64,000 bases of DNA. Origin: a bacterium. GTDB taxonomy: Bacteria; SAR324; XYD2-FULL-50-16; G965216635. The notes below the pieces were generated by a model that was not told the DNA's origin, ran no database searches, and saw only the letters and a list, made by a program, of their open reading frames with translations. Shown piece after piece: positions 38,645-49,521 of the stretch (its first letter is position 1; each line of letters opens with the position of its first letter). The stretch spans positions 32,001 to 96,000 of the forward strand of contig OZ244188.1 in NCBI GenBank assembly GCA_965216635.1. The letters run 5' to 3'. A program made the position numbers and the translations under genes.

Positions 38645-38819
38645 TCTTTTTTTTTTTAGTTTGCTTGTTTTTGGTTATTTTTGGTTTTTATTGGGGGGGG
38701 AATTTTCTAAAATGCTATAAAATCCCAACAATAAACTTAAATATAGGCAAAGTTTGAACTATTTTTAGTCAAAAAACAACCACTATTTTTTAAAAAAGAA
38801 CTTTTTTTAAAATAAATAT

Positions 38820-38913
38820 GAGACCTAGAAAAATTTTAGACTATGAGATTTTTTTTCAACGCCGCATAGGCTAAACAGCTAGTTTTGTCCTATTTGGCAA
38901 ATTCAAAAGTCTC
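38820..38913. mobile_element. Degenerate MITE copy
   Basis: GAGACC...GGCTAAACAGCTAGTTTTGTCCTATTTGGCAAATTCAAAAGTCTC. Confidence 0.65.
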
Positions 38914-38991
38914 ACAAAATTTGTTATACTTGACATGTTGCTCTTGATTTGTTTTATTGGGAGCTTGAATGGGCGGTTTGAAAATTTCAAA

Positions 38992-40278
38992 ATGAAAATA
39001 GCACTACTAATCACTGGAGATGAAATCCTTAAAGGAGATTTAAGAGATTCTAATAGTTATTATCTGATTCAAAAATTTACTGATTTAGGACAACGCGTTT
39101 CTCAAGTAGTAATACTGGGAGATGACCCCAATGCGTTATCTGCTAAAATCAAATGCCTTGCAAAAAATTTTGATATTTTAATGGTGAACGGAGGTTTGGG
39201 TCCTACAATAGACGATTATACCTCACAGGCTCTTTCGGGAGCTATGAATTCTCCCTTAGTGGAAAACAAAGAAGCAAAAGAGCAGCTAAATAATATACTC
39301 AAAGAAAAAGGCAAAAAAATAAACCAAGCCAATCTCAAGCAGGCTTATTTACCGAAAAAAGCAAAGCCTATTTTGAATAGAATGGGAACGGCTCCCGGTA
39401 TTTATGCAGAATTGACAGAATGTAAAATTTTCTGTACGCCCGGTGTTCCAAAGGAGCTTTTTATAATGTTTGAAGAACAGGTTATGCCTGCTCTAGTTTC
39501 TAGTCTAGGCGAGCATAAACATTTTTTTTCTCTGGCAGAGACTATGTTACTGCGATCTTTTGGGGCTGGAGAATCTTGGCTACAAGAAATATTAAGCCAA
39601 AAATTTTCTCTCGTGGGTAGCTCTATTAAACTAGGATTTCGTGCCCACTTTCCCTATGTAGATATTAAACTTACTATTTTTTCTCAAAAACACAAAAACA
39701 ATTTACAACAAAAATTCCAAGAATTACAAACTTTACTGCAAGACTATACCGTAGCTTTTCAAGAAATGAGTTTAGGAGAAAAGCTGGTGCAAATTTTAAG
39801 CACTCAAAATAAAAAAATAGTTTTTGCTGAATCCTGCACTGGAGGCTTGGCGTCTTCTTTGATTACAGAAGTAGCGGGTGCATCGCAAGTATTTCAGGCG
39901 GGCTATATTACCTACCAAACAGAAGAAAAAAGCTCTTGTCTAGGGGTTTCAAAAAAAGCCTTAGCTAAAGGTGAGGTATCTCAAGAGGTAGTAACAGAAA
40001 TGTTACTCAAAGCCCTCTCCAAATCCAAAAGTGATCTTGGGGCTGCTGTTTCTGGAATTGCAGGTCCTGGCGGGGGTAGCGCTCAAAACCCAGTAGGGAC
40101 AGTTTGGATAGCTTGGGGTTCTAGTCAAAAAATACAAACAAAAAAATTCTCTGTTGCTAGACCAAGAAAAGAATTTCAAATCCTTGCATCGCACTTAGTA
40201 TTAGATTTACTCCGTAGAGATTGTTTGAAAATAGCTTATTTGGATAGCTACTCTTTTGAAACTTCCCTCAAAAAATAA
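38992..40278 (+). CDS. cinA: CinA-family NMN deamidase / competence-damage protein
   Basis: TGDEILKG, NGGLGPTIDD, GTAPG, PGVPKE, AESCTGG, SGIAGPGGG; start MKIALL at 38992. Confidence 0.94.
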   Translation: MKIALLITGDEILKGDLRDSNSYYLIQKFTDLGQRVSQVVILGDDPNALSAKIKCLAKNFDILMVNGGLGPTIDDYTSQALSGAMNSPLVENKEAKEQLNNILKEKGKKINQANLKQAYLPKKAKPILNRMGTAPGIYAELTECKIFCTPGVPKELFIMFEEQVMPALVSSLGEHKHFFSLAETMLLRSFGAGESWLQEILSQKFSLVGSSIKLGFRAHFPYVDIKLTIFSQKHKNNLQQKFQELQTLLQDYTVAFQEMSLGEKLVQILSTQNKKIVFAESCTGGLASSLITEVAGASQVFQAGYITYQTEEKSSCLGVSKKALAKGEVSQEVVTEMLLKALSKSKSDLGAAVSGIAGPGGGSAQNPVGTVWIAWGSSQKIQTKKFSVARPRKEFQILASHLVLDLLRRDCLKIAYLDSYSFETSLKK

Positions 40279-40380
40279 GATAGATTTCTAGCCACTGGAT
40301 AAAGGTTTATTTAAGAAAAAGTCAACCCACTACTAAAAAAAAGGCTAGAGTAATTTCTAGCCTTTCCAGATTTTTGAGTA

Positions 40381-40851
40381 TTAATACCCTCCTTTGTCAT
40401 CGTCTTCGTGGTCTTTATCTCTATCTTTCTTGTGACCCTTACGACGGTGTTTGCCTTTTTTTTTGAATTTATCAGCCAAATCAGCGAGTTTTTGTTTTTG
40501 CTTAGCATCCAGAGTTTTATGGAAACTAGCAACCGCATCCATATAGGCTGGAACCATTTTGCTTAGTTGATCCATTTGGGATTGAATATTTTTAGACGCA
40601 GAATTTGCATCAAAATTATCTTTCCCGACTTCTTGGATTACACTATCCCGCATAGTCTCAAAAACATCTTTAGATTGTTTTTGTAGCTTTTCTATTTCTT
40701 CAAAAGAAGATTGAAGAGCTTTTTTTTGACTATCACTCAAATTGAGTTCTTTAGATAGTTTTTTTTGCATACGATCTCCACCACCTCTAAAACATCCACT
40801 TACGGTAACTAGCAAAACAATGGATATAAAACCTAAAATATACTTTTTCAT
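40381..40851 (-). CDS. Spy/CpxP-like periplasmic lipoprotein
   Basis: Lipobox VSGC, ELNLSDSQK and FHKTLDAKQK (LTxxQ-like); start MKKYILG. Confidence 0.7.
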   Translation of the reverse strand: MKKYILGFISIVLLVTVSGCFRGGGDRMQKKLSKELNLSDSQKKALQSSFEEIEKLQKQSKDVFETMRDSVIQEVGKDNFDANSASKNIQSQMDQLSKMVPAYMDAVASFHKTLDAKQKQKLADLADKFKKKGKHRRKGHKKDRDKDHEDDDKGGY

Positions 40852-40900
40852 TATTTTAATGTAGAAAAAGGTTAGTATAAGAAACTTCAAAAGTATAAAT

Positions 40901-41040
40901 TAGACTTTTGAATTTGCATTCTGTTTAGCCTATGCAGCGTTGAAAAAAATTTTTAACTCTTGAAATACTTTAGTATTCCAGCGAGCTAAAAATTTTTTTC
41001 GCCTTGCCTAGCCGTCACATAACGCAAATTCAAAGGTCTA
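40901..41040. mobile_element. Modular MITE copy
   Basis: TAGACTTTTGAATTTGC...GCAAATTCAAAGGTCTA; AAAT on both sides. Confidence 0.85.
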
Positions 41041-41139
41041 AAATTTTAAAGTCTCTGTGAATAAAAGTTAATTTTTAAACTATTTTGTAGTGGATTTCAT
41101 CTCAAAAGAGTAAAAAATTGTAATAAATTGTAACATAGT

Positions 41140-42369
41140 ATGATTTCGGTATTACAGGCGCAGAATCAAATTTTAGATAGCCCTATTTCTTTGAAGAAAG
41201 AAAAAATAGCTTTAGGCTCTTCTCTTAAAAGAGTTTTAGCAGAAAATCTTATCTGCGATAGGGATACACCTCCTTTTGATAGAGCAACGATGGATGGTAT
41301 CGCAGTTTGTTGGGATAAGGATAAAAAAAACAAGCGCTTTGCTTTATTGGGGGAGTTACAAGCGGGAGATGATTTTTCACTCAAATTCGGAAAAGACAAA
41401 ATTCAGAAAAATCAAGCCGTGCAAATTATGACAGGGGCTGCCATTCCCAAAGGTTGCAATCAAGTTATTCCTATAGAAAATTTAGTTTTTGAAAAAAAAG
41501 AAGTATTTTTCAAGGAGACTCCAAGCCTTAAATTCAGCAATAAATTCATTAGCAGCAAAGGAGAAGATGCTAAAAAAGGAGATTTGCTATTTTTTAAAGG
41601 AAATTGGCTAGATTCAAGAGCAGAAGCTGTCTGTGCTGCACTAGGTAAAAAAGAAGTTTGTGTTTTTTCGGCTCCGAGTGTCGCTATTTTAGCTACAGGT
41701 AATGAAATAGTTCCAGTGCAAAAAACTCCTCAGAATTTTCAAATTCGCGATGTCAATTCTTATTTACTACTTTCTTTGCTAAAACAAAAATCAATCCCTT
41801 GCTTTAGTCTGGGCGTTGCTCAAGATAAAAAAGAGCAAAATAATAAAACCAGTCTAAGAAACAAACTAAAAGCAGGGCTGGAGCACGATCTACTTTTGAT
41901 TAGCGGGGGTGTATCGGCTGGAAAATACGACCTAGTGCCGAGTCTTTTAGAAGAGCTAGGCTGTAAAAAGATTTTTCACAAGGTCCGCTTTAAACCAGGA
42001 AAACCTCTTTGGTTTGGCTGCTATGGTAAAACTGCTATTTTTGGGATGCCCGGTAATCCAGTATCTGTCCATGTTTGTTGGAAACTTTTTGTAGAACCTT
42101 ATATTCATAAATTTTTAGGTGTAGCTAAAGAAAAATGTTTTCTAGACTGGGATACAAGAAAATTGACGCAAGAGATTTCTGCTTCTTTTGCTCTGGAGAC
42201 TTACCTGCCCGCCCAAAAAACAAAAGATGGTAAAATTATCCCTAAGTTTTTCAAAACAAGTGGAGATTTTTTCTCTCTTTTGGGAAGCGACGGTTTAATT
42301 CGCATCAAGGCACAAACAGATTTTCTTGCCAAAAACAGTGAAATTGCTTACTTAGATTGGCATTACTAA
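41140..42369 (+). CDS. moeA: Molybdopterin molybdenumtransferase
   Basis: PPFDRATMDG, IMTGA, ATGNE, SGGVSAG, KPGKP, GMPGNPVS. Confidence 0.95.
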   Translation: MISVLQAQNQILDSPISLKKEKIALGSSLKRVLAENLICDRDTPPFDRATMDGIAVCWDKDKKNKRFALLGELQAGDDFSLKFGKDKIQKNQAVQIMTGAAIPKGCNQVIPIENLVFEKKEVFFKETPSLKFSNKFISSKGEDAKKGDLLFFKGNWLDSRAEAVCAALGKKEVCVFSAPSVAILATGNEIVPVQKTPQNFQIRDVNSYLLLSLLKQKSIPCFSLGVAQDKKEQNNKTSLRNKLKAGLEHDLLLISGGVSAGKYDLVPSLLEELGCKKIFHKVRFKPGKPLWFGCYGKTAIFGMPGNPVSVHVCWKLFVEPYIHKFLGVAKEKCFLDWDTRKLTQEISASFALETYLPAQKTKDGKIIPKFFKTSGDFFSLLGSDGLIRIKAQTDFLAKNSEIAYLDWHY

Positions 42370-42437
42370 TAGTAGGCTGCAATTACAGGTTTGCTTAGAA
42401 ATAGTGGGTTTTTCTTCAAAAGTCTATCAAATATAAA

Positions 42438-44309
42438 ATGTCTTTATCATCTTTACTAATCCAACAGATTCTAGAATCTCAAAATTTTTTAAAGCAAAAT
42501 TCTAACTTTAATAGCATAGATTTTCAATTAGCTCAGTTATTAGCAGAAAAAGAAACCAAACCTGATTTACAAGCTAGTGTTTTTTTGCTGACTCTTTTGC
42601 TTTCTATTCGTCTGAATAAGGGTGCTATTTTTTTAGACGGAATAGAATTTAAAGAGGGTTGTCAGAAAATAATCACCTCTTTGAAAGAAAAAATTGCAAA
42701 TTTTTCAATCCTAAATTTCTCGCAAATTGCAGAATCTCAGTCTGTCGGTGGCGTTAATGAAAAAAAACCACTTATTTTTGATAAGGCAGAGGATAAAATT
42801 TATTTTCAAAAATTTTATAGCTACCAAGTTTTATTTTTAGAGCAAATACAAAGACTTTACCTGAAAACCAAGCAAGACTTTCCCGATGGCGAGGCACTTC
42901 CGAAAATCACAAAATTTTTAAATCAAGAAAAAAAACTTGATAAAGTCCAGAAAGAAGCTATAGCCAAAGCCTTCAGTTTTCCTTTAACTATTATTAGCGG
43001 AGCTCCAGGTACTGGAAAAACTTTTGTGATTGCAAAATTACTAGAGACTATCCAAAAAAACAGCACCACAGCTAAAAAAATAGCTTTTTTGAGTTTTACA
43101 GGAAAAGCAGCAAGTCGTTTAGAAGAATCGCTGAATTTTTTAGATTTAGAACAAATAGACGCTAATCACTTTCGGCTAGGCAATATTTTTTTGAGAATAT
43201 CTACCATTCACTCTATGCTACAAAGCAAACACGATTATTATTACAGCGAGGAAGAAGATCTTTTTTTGTGGGATTACCTCGTTTTGGACGAGACTTCTAT
43301 GATAGATTTAGCCTTGATAGGGCGACTTTTATCAAAAACCCACCCTCATTCTAAAGTAGTATTAGTAGGCGATCACCTTCAATTACACCCCATAGAAGTG
43401 GGTTATTTTTTCTTTGACCTCTGTCAAGCATTGCAATCTCCCAAAATAAAAATCCGTCCCTTTTTTTTTATTCCACTCCAAAAGGGGTATCGCTTTGAAA
43501 GTAGCACTGCCGAAAAAAAAGTTTCCTATTTATCAAAACTTTTATTTAAAAACAACGGAGCAGAATTACTAGAACTTGCCAAGTTGGATAAACTAAAGCA
43601 AGACGCAAAAACCGAATATTTTGAAACCAGATACTTCCATTCTATCACTGAGATTCCTAAACTCTACGATTTTTTATTTCAAAAAATACAAGACAAATAC
43701 AAAGCCCTTTTTCAGGTAACAGAGCCCGCACAGGCTTTTATCATTTATCGCAAATTTGTTATTCTTTGTGGTTTAAGAGTAGGAGATTGGGGGTTGGAAA
43801 GAATCAATCGGTGGATAGAAAAAAAGTTAGCAGAAAAAAGAACTTCACCTATGGAAAAAGAGCTATTGCCGGGTGGGCCTGATATAGCCCAACCTCAAAT
43901 TTGGTATGTCGGCAGACCTATTATGATACAGGTTAATTCCCCCTCCTTAGGTGTCAGTAATGGAGATATAGGAATTTGTTTAAAAGATGAAAACGGAGAT
44001 TATCGTATCTATTTTCAAGGAGCAGAAAAAATTTCTTCTCTTAACCCCAGCAGTTTGCCAGACTATCAAAGTGCCTTTGCTCTTTCCATCCATAAAAGTC
44101 AAGGATCTGAATTTGACGAAGTTTTAATTTGCCTCGCAGAAAAACACTACGAGCATTTCAACCGAGAGCTACTTTATACCGCTATCACCCGCGCTAAAAA
44201 TAAAGCGAGTATCATTGCAACCTCTGATGTCCTCAAGACAACTGTGCAGAAAAGTTGCGGACAAACTACTGCGATTAAAGAGAAAATAGAAAATATGCTT
44301 CTTTCTTAA
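42438..44309 (+). CDS. recD: RecD-like SF1B helicase
   Basis: ISGAPGTGKT, DETSMID, VGDHLQL, NGDIG, ALSIHKSQGSEF, RELLYTAITRAK. Confidence 0.9.
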   Translation: MSLSSLLIQQILESQNFLKQNSNFNSIDFQLAQLLAEKETKPDLQASVFLLTLLLSIRLNKGAIFLDGIEFKEGCQKIITSLKEKIANFSILNFSQIAESQSVGGVNEKKPLIFDKAEDKIYFQKFYSYQVLFLEQIQRLYLKTKQDFPDGEALPKITKFLNQEKKLDKVQKEAIAKAFSFPLTIISGAPGTGKTFVIAKLLETIQKNSTTAKKIAFLSFTGKAASRLEESLNFLDLEQIDANHFRLGNIFLRISTIHSMLQSKHDYYYSEEEDLFLWDYLVLDETSMIDLALIGRLLSKTHPHSKVVLVGDHLQLHPIEVGYFFFDLCQALQSPKIKIRPFFFIPLQKGYRFESSTAEKKVSYLSKLLFKNNGAELLELAKLDKLKQDAKTEYFETRYFHSITEIPKLYDFLFQKIQDKYKALFQVTEPAQAFIIYRKFVILCGLRVGDWGLERINRWIEKKLAEKRTSPMEKELLPGGPDIAQPQIWYVGRPIMIQVNSPSLGVSNGDIGICLKDENGDYRIYFQGAEKISSLNPSSLPDYQSAFALSIHKSQGSEFDEVLICLAEKHYEHFNRELLYTAITRAKNKASIIATSDVLKTTVQKSCGQTTAIKEKIENMLLS

Positions 44310-44310
44310 A

Positions 44311-44973
44311 ATGCCAAAAAACGAAAACACTTCTTGGTCTACTGATCCTTATTTTCAGAATTGCCGTCTTTGCTTGAAAAGCGATAAGCAACTCAAAGAG
44401 CCTCTAAAAATCACCGCCCCAGAAAAAGCACTCACAAAAAATTTTGCTAGTGCGGTACGGAAAAATCATTTTTTACTCGGCAGACACTACACCCATCTGT
44501 TACTTACAGAAATGGGTCATCCACAAAAAAATATTTTCAAAAAAAATAGCGGCAGTCCGCTTTGGGAAAAAGGAATCAAAGGAAGTATTAGCCACTGTAA
44601 AGGTTACATTGCAATATGTCTGAGCGATGAAGTTACTATCCGAGCCATAGGAATAGATATAGAAAATAGTACTCGTAAAGTTCAACAACCCATTTTAAAA
44701 AAAATTTCCCATCCGCAAGAAAATTTCGCTAGCATATCCACTTTAAAGCATTCTGCTAAAATTGACGAAAAAGAAGTCCTTTCTATTTTTTGTTTGAAAG
44801 AAGCCATTCTTAAATGTTTTGGCTCACTAGGGGAAAAAATAGAATTTCAAGATATTGTCATTGCCTCCTTAAATCCTCCTTTAGTGAGTGTTCCTCGTTT
44901 CAAACTAAAAAACCAAAAAGCCTACTTACTCCAAACAAATAACTTTATTTTAGCGAGTTTGATTTTGCGATGA
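44311..44973 (+). CDS. 4'-phosphopantetheinyl transferase (EntD/Sfp type)
   Basis: PLW...GSISH, IGIDIE, FCLKEAILK. Confidence 0.87.
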   Translation: MPKNENTSWSTDPYFQNCRLCLKSDKQLKEPLKITAPEKALTKNFASAVRKNHFLLGRHYTHLLLTEMGHPQKNIFKKNSGSPLWEKGIKGSISHCKGYIAICLSDEVTIRAIGIDIENSTRKVQQPILKKISHPQENFASISTLKHSAKIDEKEVLSIFCLKEAILKCFGSLGEKIEFQDIVIASLNPPLVSVPRFKLKNQKAYLLQTNNFILASLILR

Positions 44974-45240
44974 TTTTTTTCATTTGTGTAGTAGCACTAG
45001 CTAAAAATTTTTTTCGCACTTTTCTAACCATTTGGCTAGCCCCAATGGTTGGGTAAGCACCAGCGAAATTCAAAGGTTTATAAAATGAGAAAAAATTTGC
45101 TTTTTATTATTTTTAGGTGTAGAATAGAGTTTTTTTGTTGTTATATTAAAATTTTTTGAATTAGATATCCTGTTTAGGCTAACTTACCTGCCATTATTAG
45201 GGCTGAATAAGGTTAAGCCCAAAAAACAATTGCTATACTA

Positions 45241-45513
45241 TAGACCTTTGAATTTGCTTGTCTAGTTTAGCCTATGCAGCGTTAAAAATTTGTAAAAAAT
45301 GCTCACATACTAGTCTTATTGCTAAAAATTATTTACAGAAGTAATGTAAAAAAGCCACTGGCTTTTTTACATTACTTTTTCGCTAAGACTTAGTTTTTTT
45401 GGCATTCCGCTTAAACGATATGCTCCGCTGTTTCACAAATTTTCGCACCTGTTCTAACCATTTGGCTAGCCGTCGCAGTTGGTTTTGTCCTATTTGGCAA
45501 ATTCAAAAATCTA
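45241..45513. mobile_element. Modular MITE copy with TACTA target-site duplication
   Basis: TAGACCTTTGAATTTGC...GCAAATTCAAAAATCTA; TACTA at 45236-45240 and 45514-45518. Confidence 0.88.
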
Positions 45514-45549
45514 TACTATTAAAAATTCTCAATAACTAGAAAATACTCC

Positions 45550-48500
45550 ATGAAAGAGTTACCCAAAGCTATCCGACAGGCTCTGAAGAAAGCTAAACTG
45601 TCCCCTGCCTTGAGCACAGATTTCTCTCAGTTTTTAAACCAACATCCCGATTGGGAATCGCAAACTCTCTACTTATTGAACGATAAAAACCAAAAGATTG
45701 AAGAAGTAGTGCAAGAGCTTTTCGGAGTTCCCATCAATAAACAATCTACATGGACAAAGGAGCCTCTTAAAAAAACAGCAAACATACAAACCAGCGAGCT
45801 AAATTTCAAGTCTCCTTCGCAACACAATGTACATGTCCGACACTCCTTTAAGGAGTGGAAACAGGAGAATGGTTTTTTCCCTTCTTTTTTTGAATCAGGA
45901 AATACCTATATTTTTATCCGCATTAAACCCTTTGTAGATGAAAATTTTAAACAACAATTTTGTTGGACTTTTAGTAAGGCTAAATATGGAAAAGCGGGCT
46001 GGCGTATAGAAAGAAATATCAAAAATATAAACTCTGCTCTTGCGAACAATAAACATAGCCCAGGTGAAAATGTAAAAACTTATCTTGAAAATAATCCTTT
46101 GCTGATGGATAAAAGCGTAAAATTTCTCTCAGATTTCTCTGCTGCTAGGGAGCACATACCGAACCCTTTTGTTTTGGATAGCTGCTGTAGTCAGACTTTA
46201 CTGTATTTACTTTTTGGACATCCCTTACTTTTTTTCAATGGTAGCCAAAAAACGCTTGTATTACAAAAATATAGGGTCGCAGTTGAGCTGCATTATGTGG
46301 CTAAAGAAGGCTATAGAGTAGTTTTTAGCACTTTTCACTTGAACAAAAAAACCCGCTTTACTTTTGATTTTCAAAAAAACAGAGAGCATATATTTTTTAT
46401 TGGCAAGGAAGATAAAGCTTTGCTTGTTAAGAATGCCTATTTTTCACTTCAAGCCTTAGATTTAGAAGTTAGTCAACTACAGGCTGTCACTCAAGGTATC
46501 TCTGTTTTGGACGAGGATTGGAGTAGATTTTTAAAACAATGGAAAAGCGAATATCCTGAACTAGAAATCAAAAAAACCAACGAATCTCAAGAACTAATAC
46601 CCGAATTTACGATAGGAAGTTTGATGGGATGGGAGTTTTGGTTGCAGTTGGAAAGAACTACATCACAAAAACCAGAGTTTCTACCTAAATTTCAATTTTC
46701 TTCCAAGATGCAACGGAATAGCTATCACAGAGTAGGAGTTAATGTGAAAAATGTTGCTCCTTACAATTCTAAAGATCTGGATTTTCACCACTTTAAAGAT
46801 TTAGAACAATTACTCCATTATACCCAAATCATTACAGTCTCTAAGAAAGATAAGGAATTTTATCTGCTAAATCCTACTGTTGCATCTCAATTTTTGCAGT
46901 TATTTAAAAATTACCCTTACATTTACAATAGTGATGGTGAACCTTTCTTTGCTAAAGACAAAAAAATCTATTTTGCACTTACGATTAAAAAATCGGAAGA
47001 TTATTACCACCAATATTTTTTGCAAGGTAGCTTGTATACGAAGGTCAAGATAAAAGAACAGATTCAATGGAAGCCTTTTCCAGATAATAAAGAGGAGCAG
47101 GTAAAGGTTATTGGTTTAGCTCCCGGCTTTATCTTTTATAAAAATAGAGTTTACGAAATGAATCGTATTTTTAATGGAAATTTTATAAAAAGTTGTCTCA
47201 CTGGTATTTTGGCTAATGAGAGAGAAATTAGTGATTTTTATGCTAATGCACTACCTTTTCTGAAAGCTAGGGGTGTGAAAATTTGGGATAACCATGGTTT
47301 GCTTAGAATTTCAGCTCTTTTCAATTATACAATTCAAGGAAAAATGACTGTGCAAGAAATTAAAGGAATTTTAGTAGGAGAACTGCATATGATTATGAAA
47401 ACAGATATAGGTGAATTTGAATATCCAATTTATGAAGGTGAAGACGAGTTTCAAAAAAGATTTGATAATCAACGTTTATCTATTACTCGCAATAAGCAGA
47501 TGGAAATGGAATTGCATAATATTATTTTAGAACACGGCTGGGTAAAAGAAGAAACAAATATCTATTCTATGAACGAAGTGAATGCTTTGAATTTTGTGTT
47601 GAATATTTTGCCTAATCAAAACGAAGGGCTGACTGTTGTTTATCGCGAAGAAAAACGGCTAAAGAGGTGGAAAACTTCTCGTATTACTCCTAAAGTATCT
47701 GTCAATATCAAACACAATATAGATTGGTTTATGGTGGATTTAAAGTTTGATGATTATCACTTGGATGTAGAACAGATTATTTCTATTTGGAGAGAAGGTA
47801 AAGACTATATTGATTTGGGTAAGGAAAAAGGGTTAGCTTTAATTGATCAAAACTGGATGAAACAGTATGCCCCTATATTTAATAGATTGGTTCACGCAAA
47901 ATATCAGTCCGACCCGTTGGTAAGAAGGGATGAAAAAAACTTGCTCTCTAAAAACCTAAAAGAATATAAAAAATTACGGGTCACGAAAAATAGTCTGGGT
48001 TTATTGGAAGAACTCCATAAAATATTCTCTACTAAAAAACGTAAAGAGTGGCATCCTTACAAAATTATCCCCAGAAAAATACCAGCAACTGTTCAAGCAA
48101 AACTCCGAGAGTACCAAAAAGAGGGGGTTAACTGGCTTTGTTTTTTACGAAAAAACGATTTTGGGGGTATCTTAGCAGATGATATGGGATTAGGAAAAAC
48201 TTTGCAAGCATTAACATTTTTTGAAATTGTAAGAACTTCTAGGGCTTTGAAAAAATGCAGTAAAAGAGCTCACCTAGTTGTTTGTCCCACTTCTGTTGTA
48301 ACAAACTGGCAAGAAGAAATGATAAAATTCACTCCCAAACTTAAATACTACCTCTATCACGGTCCCAAGAGAAAGAAAGAGATTTTCAATTTAAAGAAAA
48401 TAGATGTGATTATTACGAGTTATTCCTTATTACAAAAAGAGATAGATTTCTTTTTGAGCATGAATTTTGATGTAGTACTTTTAGACGAAGCGCAAAACAT

Positions 48501-49515
48501 TAAAAATGCCAATTCCAAAACTGCTAAAGCCGTTTGTCAATTAAATTCTATACAACGACTTTCTTTAACGGGAACTCCTATGGAAAACGATATTACAGAA
48601 TTTTGGTCTCAATTCAATTTTTTAATGCCTTCGCTTTTAGGTACTTTAAAAGATTTTCATAATCTCTATGTGCAACCCAAATACCAAAAGAAGTTGAAAA
48701 AAAAAGAATTTGATTATTCTTTGCTAAGAAAACAGACCAAACCTTTTATTTTAAGGAGACTTAAAGCTAATGTTGCCAAATCTTTACCTCCCAAAACAGA
48801 ACAAATTATCTATTGCGAAATGTATCCCGCTCAAAGAAAAATTTACAATGCAGTTCTGTTAGCAGAAAAAAAATCTCTCTTCAGAAAAATAGAAGAAAAT
48901 AAAAAAAACAACCAAATCAAAATTTCTTTTTTTGAAGCCCTTTTAAAATTACGGCAAATTTGTTGTGACCCTAGATTGAGTAAATTAATAGTGGACAACC
49001 CTCCTCCTAGTGCTAAACTGGATTTGTTTTTAAGCCATGTAGAAGAAATTGTATCAGAAGGACATAGAATTTTGGTTTTTAGCCAATTTGTGAAAATGCT
49101 CAATTTGATGCACCAACCTTTAAAAAAAAGAAATATTCACTTTTTACAACTAGACGGTTCAACAAATAACAGACAGGCTTCCATTGATAAATTTCAAAAT
49201 GATAGCCACTATTCTGTTTTTTTGATTAGCCTAAAAGCAGGTGGTACAGGTCTTAATTTGACCGCTGCCGATTATGTGATTCATTATGATCTTTGGTGGA
49301 ATCCAGCTGTGGAAAACCAAGCAAGTGATAGAGCTTACCGCATAGGACAAGACAAACATGTTTTTATCTATAAATTGATTACAAAAGATAGTGTAGAAGA
49401 AAAAATTTTAACCCTTCAAAGTCAAAAATTATCTGCTACAGAAAATGTGATTGATGAATTTCAGGATTTTAAAGGTATGTTAGCTATTGACTCTATTAAA
49501 GAAATACTTTCTTAA
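45550..49515 (+). CDS. SNF2-family helicase with long N-terminal region
   Basis: GGILADDMGLGKTLQ, LDEAQNIKN, LTGTPMEN, ISLKAGGTGLNLTAAD, WWNPAVENQASDRAYRIGQ. Confidence 0.95.
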   Translation: MKELPKAIRQALKKAKLSPALSTDFSQFLNQHPDWESQTLYLLNDKNQKIEEVVQELFGVPINKQSTWTKEPLKKTANIQTSELNFKSPSQHNVHVRHSFKEWKQENGFFPSFFESGNTYIFIRIKPFVDENFKQQFCWTFSKAKYGKAGWRIERNIKNINSALANNKHSPGENVKTYLENNPLLMDKSVKFLSDFSAAREHIPNPFVLDSCCSQTLLYLLFGHPLLFFNGSQKTLVLQKYRVAVELHYVAKEGYRVVFSTFHLNKKTRFTFDFQKNREHIFFIGKEDKALLVKNAYFSLQALDLEVSQLQAVTQGISVLDEDWSRFLKQWKSEYPELEIKKTNESQELIPEFTIGSLMGWEFWLQLERTTSQKPEFLPKFQFSSKMQRNSYHRVGVNVKNVAPYNSKDLDFHHFKDLEQLLHYTQIITVSKKDKEFYLLNPTVASQFLQLFKNYPYIYNSDGEPFFAKDKKIYFALTIKKSEDYYHQYFLQGSLYTKVKIKEQIQWKPFPDNKEEQVKVIGLAPGFIFYKNRVYEMNRIFNGNFIKSCLTGILANEREISDFYANALPFLKARGVKIWDNHGLLRISALFNYTIQGKMTVQEIKGILVGELHMIMKTDIGEFEYPIYEGEDEFQKRFDNQRLSITRNKQMEMELHNIILEHGWVKEETNIYSMNEVNALNFVLNILPNQNEGLTVVYREEKRLKRWKTSRITPKVSVNIKHNIDWFMVDLKFDDYHLDVEQIISIWREGKDYIDLGKEKGLALIDQNWMKQYAPIFNRLVHAKYQSDPLVRRDEKNLLSKNLKEYKKLRVTKNSLGLLEELHKIFSTKKRKEWHPYKIIPRKIPATVQAKLREYQKEGVNWLCFLRKNDFGGILADDMGLGKTLQALTFFEIVRTSRALKKCSKRAHLVVCPTSVVTNWQEEMIKFTPKLKYYLYHGPKRKKEIFNLKKIDVIITSYSLLQKEIDFFLSMNFDVVLLDEAQNIKNANSKTAKAVCQLNSIQRLSLTGTPMENDITEFWSQFNFLMPSLLGTLKDFHNLYVQPKYQKKLKKKEFDYSLLRKQTKPFILRRLKANVAKSLPPKTEQIIYCEMYPAQRKIYNAVLLAEKKSLFRKIEENKKNNQIKISFFEALLKLRQICCDPRLSKLIVDNPPPSAKLDLFLSHVEEIVSEGHRILVFSQFVKMLNLMHQPLKKRNIHFLQLDGSTNNRQASIDKFQNDSHYSVFLISLKAGGTGLNLTAADYVIHYDLWWNPAVENQASDRAYRIGQDKHVFIYKLITKDSVEEKILTLQSQKLSATENVIDEFQDFKGMLAIDSIKEILS

Positions 49516-49521
49516 AAAATA

